In this document: piece by piece, positions 57,175 to 64,000 of the stretch
Numbering within the stretch: the stretch's first letter is position 1
How the letters are laid out: each line of letters begins with the position of its first letter
Origin: a virus
Lineage: Duplodnaviria > Caudoviricetes
Virus record (IMG/VR): IMGVR_UViG_2974586258_000001
Span: 32,001-96,000 of that record
Direction: 5' to 3' (one strand)
Length of the DNA: 64,000 bases
Position numbers and translations under genes: made by a program
The notes under the pieces: generated by a model
The model's input: only the letters and a program-made list of their open reading frames with translations
Databases searched by the model: none
What the model was told of the DNA's origin: nothing

Positions 57175-57852
57175 TTGGATACAATAGTTTTAACATTTCT
57201 AGGCATGTGGTGGGTTCCTGCTGTACTGTTTATGTTTGCAGGGTTGGTGTTGGTGTACACAAAAGGGTATAATACTTCTTTAGACCCAGAGTTTATCCAA
57301 AGAAAATCTGTTAAAGGTGAAGATTCAACAGGACTACTATTTTTGTTAAGCTTTATGTTTCCGTGTCTTGCTCTAGTATTTTATGGGTTTGTTCTGAAAC
57401 AACCAATCTCTTTTGTTGGAGGTGTTGTTTATGTCCTATTTGAGACTTGCGGTAGTTGGTTGATGTATGGAATCTTTACACAATCAGGAACACATTCTTG
57501 GTTCAAAGTTAAAGAAAAACATTTCCGTCAACAATATAGTTTCAATATTAATTTTGATGATGTAGAGATAGGTCAATATGTAGTGCGTACCTTAAAAGAT
57601 GATTGGTATGATTCAAGCACCTATCGTCTACAATTGAAACAAGTACACATGGAAAAAGATTTGACAGGTGAGTATAAGGTACTTCAAAATGTAGAAGAAT
57701 GGGGAAATTCTGAGTTCTGGACAGAAGATCAAATTAAAGATAAATTGAAGGAATATTTTAAAGCACGAAATTTATTTTATATTGACAATGAAAGTGGTTT
57801 TAGTATTCTTAAAGTAGAGAAGAACAAACCTAAAATTATTGTTATTGAATAA
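57175..57852 (+). CDS. Membrane protein
   Basis: Three N-terminal TM segments. Confidence 0.65.
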   Translation: MDTIVLTFLGMWWVPAVLFMFAGLVLVYTKGYNTSLDPEFIQRKSVKGEDSTGLLFLLSFMFPCLALVFYGFVLKQPISFVGGVVYVLFETCGSWLMYGIFTQSGTHSWFKVKEKHFRQQYSFNINFDDVEIGQYVVRTLKDDWYDSSTYRLQLKQVHMEKDLTGEYKVLQNVEEWGNSEFWTEDQIKDKLKEYFKARNLFYIDNESGFSILKVEKNKPKIIVIE

Positions 57853-57866
57853 TCAAGGAAAAAACA

Positions 57867-58094
57867 ATGGAAATTCTAAATGTTTTGCAACAACTATACC
57901 TATTTGATATCTGGGTATTCAGTCAGTGGTGGTTGTATGCACCATTGCTTATTCCGGCTATGTTTTACTTTGCATTCTTTGTTGTTAAGTGGGCAGTATT
58001 AACGTTGCCTGTATGGTGGCCTATTATTGCAATCATCAAAGCAATGAAGACTAAAACAGTTATCCATGTTAAAGAAAAGAAGGAGAAAGAATGA
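57867..58094 (+). CDS. Small membrane protein
   Basis: Trp-rich hydrophobic ORF. Confidence 0.65.
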   Translation: MEILNVLQQLYLFDIWVFSQWWLYAPLLIPAMFYFAFFVVKWAVLTLPVWWPIIAIIKAMKTKTVIHVKEKKEKE

Positions 58095-59464
58095 AAAAGG
58101 TTGTAGATATTATTAAAGAACTTCGTTCGACTTCTTCTCGTAATGAGAAGGAAGCAATCTTGACTACAAATAAAGACAATGAAACCCTAAAGAAAGTTTT
58201 CTACCTTGCTTATGACCCGAGTATCAACTTTTATATTAAAAGTATTCCATATGAAGATAATTGGAAACACGGGGAATATTTTGAGTATGATGAGAATGAT
58301 GAGTTTGAGATTTTGTTTGATGTTCTTGAAACAATTTACTCTCGTGAACTGACAGGGAATAAAGCAATTTCTTTTTTGACTGGTGTTTTGTCAGAACTGT
58401 CAACTGAGATGCAAGAACTAATTTGCAATATTGTCAAGAAAGATTTGGATTGTGGTGTCCAGACAACTACAATTAATAAAATATGGAAAGGCTTGATTAC
58501 CGATCCGCCATATATGGGTTATCAGTTGTTCAGTGAAAAACTAATTAAAAGTTTCAAACTTCCGTGTTACTCACAAATTAAACTTGATGGTCTGTATGCT
58601 GACGTATTTGTAATGAAAGATTCTGTTAGTTATCGTTCACGAAGTGGTATTAATTGCAAGTTCAAACTTCCAGATAATGTAGAAGAAAAACTTCTTAATT
58701 TGTCACAGTTCAGCGATGTTGAATTTGTCCTACACTGCGAGGCTCTTGTCCGCAAAGGTGAGAGTTTTACAGAGTTTGAGGAACGCAAAATTGGCAATGG
58801 ATACTTGAATAGTGATGAATCTGATTCAGAGAAAGTTGTTATTGTTATCTGGGATGTTGTCGGCATTGATGAATATAACAATCGTAAATCAACAGAAGAC
58901 TATATTGAACGCTTTAATCTCGTAGAAAAGATTGTAGAATATGTTGACACACCACACATTCAAATGGTAGAGTCTCGTTTCTGTAATGCAACACAAGAGG
59001 TCATAGACCATTTCGTAGAAGCACGTTCTAAAGGACTGGAAGGAACTGTAGTCAAATCACCTAAACTTAAATGGAAAGATGGTAAAGTCAAAGATGGTTT
59101 GAAGCTCAAAAATGAATTCGAATGTGAAATGAAAATTATTGGTTTCCAAGAACACAGCAAAAAGTCTGGACAAATTGGTGCAATCTTTGTAGAATCTGAA
59201 GATGGTTTCGTGAAGTGCAAAGTTGGCAGTGGTTTGACTGATGCACAACGCAAGAAATTCTTCTTGACACAAGATGAAATGATTAGTAAGATTGTTACAG
59301 TAAAAGGAAATGATCTTGTAACCAACGAATTGAAACAAGACCAATATAGCATTTTCTTGCCACGATTTATTGAAGTACGAGATGATAAGACTGTTGCTGA
59401 TACTTTTGAAAAGATTTTATCAACAAAAGATAGTATCATTGATTTACTAAAACAAATCAAATAA
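58091..59464 (+). CDS. lig: ATP-dependent DNA ligase
   Basis: KLDG adenylation motif; EGTVVK, LKLK, VGSG and FLPRF..VRDDK. Confidence 0.95.
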   Translation: MKKVVDIIKELRSTSSRNEKEAILTTNKDNETLKKVFYLAYDPSINFYIKSIPYEDNWKHGEYFEYDENDEFEILFDVLETIYSRELTGNKAISFLTGVLSELSTEMQELICNIVKKDLDCGVQTTTINKIWKGLITDPPYMGYQLFSEKLIKSFKLPCYSQIKLDGLYADVFVMKDSVSYRSRSGINCKFKLPDNVEEKLLNLSQFSDVEFVLHCEALVRKGESFTEFEERKIGNGYLNSDESDSEKVVIVIWDVVGIDEYNNRKSTEDYIERFNLVEKIVEYVDTPHIQMVESRFCNATQEVIDHFVEARSKGLEGTVVKSPKLKWKDGKVKDGLKLKNEFECEMKIIGFQEHSKKSGQIGAIFVESEDGFVKCKVGSGLTDAQRKKFFLTQDEMISKIVTVKGNDLVTNELKQDQYSIFLPRFIEVRDDKTVADTFEKILSTKDSIIDLLKQIK

Positions 59465-59473
59465 GGAGAACAA

Positions 59474-59851
59474 ATGATTAAACGACAAACTAAATATTCC
59501 GCTGGTGCAGACCTGACTTGTTCAAAGCAGACAACTATTGAACCAAATCAAACTGTGCTTGTACCTACAGACTATTACATTGACAATCATGAGTACCACA
59601 TGTTTTATATGCTTTGTGCCCGCAGTTCAATCGCACTCAAAAAGAACTTGATTTTAATGAATGGGGTTGGTATCATTGATTCAGACTACAAAGACGAAGT
59701 AAAAGTGATGTATCGCAATGTTGGCACTGAACATGTTACCCTTGAAAAAGGTGAACGAATTGCACAAATTATTCCTCTTTCATATCTTCCGTTGTTTGAA
59801 GCATTAGACAATAAACGAGAAGGCGGTTTTGGTTCAAGTGGGACAACATAA
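59474..59851 (+). CDS. dut: Trimeric dUTPase
   Basis: SAGADL, ARSS, GIIDSDY, GERIAQ and REGGFGSSG motifs. Confidence 0.95.
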   Translation: MIKRQTKYSAGADLTCSKQTTIEPNQTVLVPTDYYIDNHEYHMFYMLCARSSIALKKNLILMNGVGIIDSDYKDEVKVMYRNVGTEHVTLEKGERIAQIIPLSYLPLFEALDNKREGGFGSSGTT

Positions 59852-59913
59852 AAGGAGACTCTTAATATGCAGAGAAGCTTCATCCCACAAGTGGACAAAA
59901 GGAGAATTAATTT

Positions 59914-60114
59914 ATGGATCTAGGAACAATTTACAACCTACTTCAGAAAGCACAGACATTTGATGAGTTCATGACGTACAACAACGTAATAGTTCAAATC
60001 GAAGAAGAAAACCTCTTGACTAATTACCGAAACGGTAGTAAAATAGATGAAGTGAAATCAGGAAAAAACAAGATTCTTGGTTTTATTAATAGGAATACAA
60101 AGGAGGATAAATAG
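59914..60114 (+). CDS. Hypothetical protein
   Basis: AGGAG RBS. Confidence 0.55.
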   Translation: MDLGTIYNLLQKAQTFDEFMTYNNVIVQIEEENLLTNYRNGSKIDEVKSGKNKILGFINRNTKEDK

Positions 60115-60383
60115 TGAAACTTAAGAAAATTAATAAAGAAGGTGATTATGTAGTTAAGATGTCACAGGCTGAAATCAATCTTCTCCATGAACTGCTTGGC
60201 TATGTATCTTTTAAGGGAATTAAACATTACCCTTTGATGGAAAAGACAGTGAAAAATATGTTGGATTTTACAGACGATAATGCTTCAATTGTAGATGTCT
60301 ATGAGTGTTTTAAGTTTGTAAAAGATAAAACATTTAAAGATCATGGTTCACTTGAAGTTATTAAAGACCTAAAGACACAGTAA
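60114..60383 (+). CDS. Hypothetical protein (paralogue of the next gene)
   Basis: AGGAGG RBS; similar N-terminus to 60431..60709. Confidence 0.65.
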   Translation: MKLKKINKEGDYVVKMSQAEINLLHELLGYVSFKGIKHYPLMEKTVKNMLDFTDDNASIVDVYECFKFVKDKTFKDHGSLEVIKDLKTQ

Positions 60384-60430
60384 GTTAAATAGTTAATATA
60401 ATTTATCAAATAAACACAAAGGAGAAATAA

Positions 60431-60709
60431 ATGAAAGTAAAGAAAGTAACCACATCAGGTAAGTATACTGTTCAGATGGATCAACTGGAAGTAGATGCAA
60501 TTGGTGAAATGCTTGCATATGTAAATGTGGTTGAAGATAGTGGATATAAACTTACGGATAAAGTTTTTAATCAACTAAAAGATTTTGCTGCCATGTATGC
60601 AGCACTCCACACAGAAGGTGTTCTTCAAATGCAAGAAGCTGGTATTTGTGAGTGTTGTGATTGTCCAATCTATGAACTTGTCCCATGTAAAGATTTTAAG
60701 AAAGTTTAA
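60431..60709 (+). CDS. Hypothetical protein with Cys-rich tail
   Basis: AGGAG RBS; CECCDC motif. Confidence 0.65.
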   Translation: MKVKKVTTSGKYTVQMDQLEVDAIGEMLAYVNVVEDSGYKLTDKVFNQLKDFAAMYAALHTEGVLQMQEAGICECCDCPIYELVPCKDFKKV

Positions 60710-60749
60710 TTAATTTAATAACTTAATAATTTAAAAGGAGAAATAAAAT

Positions 60750-61061
60750 ATGACCAACTCAAATCTAATTTCGATTGTACCGTCCGATCAGGCTGCCCGA
60801 GAAGATCTGGTAAAAGGGCTGAATGAGTATATTAAATTAGAAGAAATTATCGAATCATCAAAGGAAGCTATGAAAAACATTGTAACTTCTCAGTATGAAA
60901 AACATTCTGAACAATTTAGTGAGCCACTTAAAAAGGGAAAATTTTCTAAACAATTTAAACTTGTCGTTAAAGAACATCTCGCTGCGAAAGCTAGTGAAGC
61001 TATTCAGGAGAACGACGAAGCAATTGGTGCTTATGAGGTGATTAAAAATAAACTGATCTAA
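60750..61061 (+). CDS. Small helical protein, possibly DsbA/GapR-like dsDNA-binding
   Basis: All-helical charge pattern; strong RBS and own terminator; weak resemblance only. Confidence 0.4.
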   Translation: MTNSNLISIVPSDQAAREDLVKGLNEYIKLEEIIESSKEAMKNIVTSQYEKHSEQFSEPLKKGKFSKQFKLVVKEHLAAKASEAIQENDEAIGAYEVIKNKLI

Positions 61062-61078
61062 ACTTAATTATGATGTGT

Positions 61079-61105
61079 GAGCCTCTTAACTGAGGCTCTA
61101 TTTTT
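61079..61105 (+). terminator. Intrinsic terminator
   Basis: GAGCCTC-TTAACT-GAGGCTC-TATTTTT. Confidence 0.85.
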
Positions 61106-61115
61106 AGGAGGAATA

Positions 61116-62171
61116 TTGACACAAAAATATAAAATGTGCCACGTAGATTTCGATACATGTTTGTTCAGAGCTGCTAAATCTTGCCAGAAAGATTATATTA
61201 TTGTTACTCACAAAGAGACAGGATGGAAACAACGTTTTGATGGTGTATCTAAATTCTATGGACTTGGTAAACAGAAAAATAAAGGTTGGATTGGTGAACA
61301 AAATGCAATCAGAGAAAAACAAAAGAAACCTCTAATTTCCGCTGATGATTTTATTATTGAAGAATGTGCAGAACTTGTTGATATAGAAGAAGTTGTTTTG
61401 AAACAAGCACTAGATTTGATTGATTTCACAGTAGGTCGTATTAAGAAAGCTTCTGAAGCTGAAGATTATAGACTGTACATAGCAGGAACAGGCAACTGGC
61501 GGTATGATGCTGCTAATATCCTGCCATATAAAGGAAACCGCAAACCAAAGCCCATATTCTTCCTCGAAGTCAAAGAAGCACTGATACAAAAATATAAAAA
61601 TAAAATTGTTATAGTAGATAATGCAGAAGTTGATGACAAAATTGGTGAAATTGGCTGGCAAAATTATTTAAACTTCAGAAAAACTGGAAAGTGGGAACAT
61701 GTTCTTTCTTATATTGATAAAGATTTAAAGATGATTATTTCTCCACACTTCAATTATGATAAATGTGATGAAGGTGTTGAAATAAATACACCAGAGGAAG
61801 CCGCTAAGTGGTTCTGTTTGCAATTGTTGGTCGGGGATAAAACTACAGACAATATTCAAGGTCTTCCTAACCTATCTCCAGAGTTTCAAGAGAAATATGA
61901 ACTCCGTAAGTGTCGTGGTTTAGGAAAAGAAACAGCACTAAAGATTCTAGAAGGTAAAAACATCAAAGAGTCTTTTGAAGTTGTTGTTGAAGCTTACAAA
62001 TCATACTATGGAGAAGATAAGAAAAAACTCTTGACTTTCCGTGGAGAAGAGTTAGAATACAACTGGCTAGATTATTTAAAGGAAAATGGACTACTCTTAT
62101 GGATGAGGAGAGAGCCAGATGAGATGTACAATATTGAAGATACTTTAAAACGGTTAGGTATTGAATATTAA
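61116..62171 (+). CDS. 5'-3' exonuclease (FEN/T7 gp6-like); start TTG at 61116
   Basis: VDFDT, YKGNRK, EVDD, DKDL, GDKTTDNIQGL and GLGKETA motifs. Confidence 0.9.
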   Translation: MTQKYKMCHVDFDTCLFRAAKSCQKDYIIVTHKETGWKQRFDGVSKFYGLGKQKNKGWIGEQNAIREKQKKPLISADDFIIEECAELVDIEEVVLKQALDLIDFTVGRIKKASEAEDYRLYIAGTGNWRYDAANILPYKGNRKPKPIFFLEVKEALIQKYKNKIVIVDNAEVDDKIGEIGWQNYLNFRKTGKWEHVLSYIDKDLKMIISPHFNYDKCDEGVEINTPEEAAKWFCLQLLVGDKTTDNIQGLPNLSPEFQEKYELRKCRGLGKETALKILEGKNIKESFEVVVEAYKSYYGEDKKKLLTFRGEELEYNWLDYLKENGLLLWMRREPDEMYNIEDTLKRLGIEY

Positions 62172-62373
62172 CAAAAGGAGAATAGATGATGGCACATTTC
62201 TTTAGTGAGTGTGGTTATACTGTTATTCAACTATTTGGATATAGGTTTCAAATTGTAGATCGCAAACGCAATCCAATTCTTAGTAGCTCTGAACTTCCTG
62301 TATTTAATCAAAAAGAACTTAGAGTCTGGAGATATGGTATGAGTATTAATAAAGTTTAAACAAGGAGACAAAT

Positions 62374-62586
62374 ATGAATCAAGAACAACTCAAACAACAA
62401 GAAGAGAAAGTAGTAGAATTTATCCAGAATACAATTCCGGTATTTAGATATGATAAACTGAAAGTCAAACGACTCAAGAAATATGATGGTGAACAGCTTT
62501 CACAGGAACTGATGGATGATTTGAAGGAATGTCTTATGAGTAGTGTTGAGTATAAAACTGTTACCAAAACAAAAGAGGTTGAATGA
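62374..62586 (+). CDS. Hypothetical protein
   Basis: AGGAG RBS. Confidence 0.6.
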   Translation: MNQEQLKQQEEKVVEFIQNTIPVFRYDKLKVKRLKKYDGEQLSQELMDDLKECLMSSVEYKTVTKTKEVE

Positions 62587-63182
62587 GAAATGTATTAAGC
62601 ATTGATCAAAGCCTTGCAAAATGTGCGGTTGTTGTTTGGAATGATAATGTACCCGTTTTCTGGGATGTTTTTAAGTCAGGTGGCATTGAGTGCAAGAAGA
62701 AACTTAAAAGTGTCACTTATTTTGAAAAAGAAGTTGACAAGATTGACTTTATATCTGATAATATTATATCGATTGTACACAAATACAATATAGAAAAAGT
62801 CATACTTGAAGGGCTTGCATTAAATGCTGTTGGTAATGCAACAAGGTCTCTTGCTGGGTTGTATTATGTTTTGTTGTATAAATTGAAACAATTAGATTTA
62901 GTTGAACCAGAAGATATAGTCGTTATATCGCCTACGCAAGTTAAAAGCAAAGCTAGATTATTGATGGAAAACAACGGTGAACTTGAAACAATTAACGACA
63001 AAGGTAAGGCTAAGAAGTCTAAGATAAAAATGGATAAGCAAATTATGACTTCCATTGCAGAGCAATATTGGCCTCAAGTTCTTGACGGATACAAGAATAG
63101 TGGTGAAAATGCAGGAAAAGAAGATTTGTCCGATGCCTGTCTGATTTATAATGCTTACTTGCAATTACAAAAGGAAAATTAA
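62583..63182 (+). CDS. RuvC-like Holliday junction resolvase
   Basis: VLSIDQSL, VILEG, SPTQVK and EDLSDA motifs. Confidence 0.82.
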   Translation: MRNVLSIDQSLAKCAVVVWNDNVPVFWDVFKSGGIECKKKLKSVTYFEKEVDKIDFISDNIISIVHKYNIEKVILEGLALNAVGNATRSLAGLYYVLLYKLKQLDLVEPEDIVVISPTQVKSKARLLMENNGELETINDKGKAKKSKIKMDKQIMTSIAEQYWPQVLDGYKNSGENAGKEDLSDACLIYNAYLQLQKEN

Positions 63183-63376
63183 TGAAACTTCAATATGATG
63201 TTAGTGGTTCAAACAATTGCATTGATCTTGTGTTATTGAATCATGCAACTTCTGACGCAATCCGTTATGCAGATGAAGGGAACTATGATATCATTAACAC
63301 TAAGATTGTGCAGACAACAGCAAGCCATGAGTTTGTTATTCTATTCCGAATGGAAGTTTTGTTAAAGGAGAAATAA
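63182..63376 (+). CDS. Hypothetical protein
   Basis: TAATG coupling. Confidence 0.55.
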   Translation: MKLQYDVSGSNNCIDLVLLNHATSDAIRYADEGNYDIINTKIVQTTASHEFVILFRMEVLLKEK

Positions 63377-63540
63377 GTGAAACTAGTTAAATTAGGAGAT
63401 GACAGTATTTTATTTATTCCAGTCACAAAACTAGAAGTTTTAAGCCTTTGGTTCCTGTCGTGGTTTGTCGGCGATTATGGCAAGTGTTGGAATCCTGAAT
63501 CATACCCTATGAATCGAAGATTAAAACTTGAGGGGATTAA

Positions 63541-64000
63541 GTGACAAGAAAATGTAAAAAGAAGACTACAGCAAAAAGAACAACAAACAGGAGAAGAATA
63601 GTTTATAATTTTGTCTACGATAAAGATAAATGGATTAAAGGTTCTGCTCAAATAAAGAAACATCGTGAGATGCTTATTGAAAATACCTCTGAAAGCTCCT
63701 GTATGGCCTCTGGATTGCATTTCAGTAGTGAAGGGTTACAAGGGTACACCCTCGATCATTGCCACGCTACAGGACTGATTAGGGGCGTTTTACGAGCAGA
63801 CATTAACATCTTCCTTGGACGTATTGAGAAATACTTCAATAAAATCTTAGGTAAAACTGGATTATCTTTGACAGAAGTTCTTGAAGGATTGTTAAGTTAC
63901 TTAAAATCAACAGAAGAAGCTAGACAAACTGGAAACTATGCGTTAGACTTCCGTATTGTTGATGCTGAACTCAAGCGAATAAGTAGGTGGAAAACAGAAA
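63541..64000 (+). CDS. Endonuclease VII-like protein, runs off the window end
   Basis: Hand translation from GTG at 63541 gives LDHCHATGLIRGVLRADINIFLG; absent from the ORF track. Confidence 0.8.
   Translation, partial: MTRKCKKKTTAKRTTNRRRIVYNFVYDKDKWIKGSAQIKKHREMLIENTSESSCMASGLHFSSEGLQGYTLDHCHATGLIRGVLRADINIFLGRIEKYFNKILGKTGLSLTEVLEGLLSYLKSTEEARQTGNYALDFRIVDAELKRISRWKTE

Noticed and set aside
61077-61115. N-terminal extension of the exonuclease
   Set aside because: Runs through a terminator hairpin; the RBS supports TTG at 61116.
1-64000. CRISPR array, integrase, reverse transcriptase/DGR, endolysin
   Set aside because: I saw no regularly spaced direct repeats and no recognisable motifs for these. 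The endolysin probably lies outside the window or is unrecognised.
1-64000. Alternative genetic code (stop recoding)
   Set aside because: Core genes are intact in code 11 and end in all three stop codons. The single internal TAA at 44190 is isolated, and no suppressor tRNA is seen.

Overview
A 64-kb segment of an AT-rich, apparently lytic myovirus. Gene content and order resemble the ICP1 / PAK_P1 / FelixO1-type large myoviruses, and the host is probably a Gammaproteobacterium (inference). The + strand at 1-7.4 kb carries primase-helicase, a family A DNA polymerase split by a group I intron with an HNH ORF, and SSB-like genes. The - strand at 7.6-38.5 kb holds the complete virion module: terminase (split by a second, ORF-less group I intron), portal, protease, scaffold, capsid, neck, sheath/tube, a -1 frameshifted tail chaperone, tape measure, baseplate, two tailspikes and a holin-like gene. 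The accessory region at 38.5-54 kb has spanins, two atypical tRNAs, two unannotated structured non-coding RNA candidates, Pth2, a broken release-factor-like gene, a TV-Pol-like polymerase beside a DnaA box and an HslV-like peptidase. The + strand at 54-64 kb encodes a Thg1-like enzyme, DNA ligase, dUTPase, 5'-3' exonuclease, RuvC-like and endo VII nucleases. Five paralogous zinc-ribbon/GIY-YIG-like endonuclease genes are dispersed through the window. The most novel signals are a ~320-nt pseudoknotted RNA upstream of a long-arm tRNA(UAU), a CU-rich RNA displaying an anti-Shine-Dalgarno loop downstream of tRNA-Pro, and non-Watson-Crick 1:72 pairs in both tRNAs alongside a Thg1-like enzyme. All calls come from manual motif recognition; no database searches were run.
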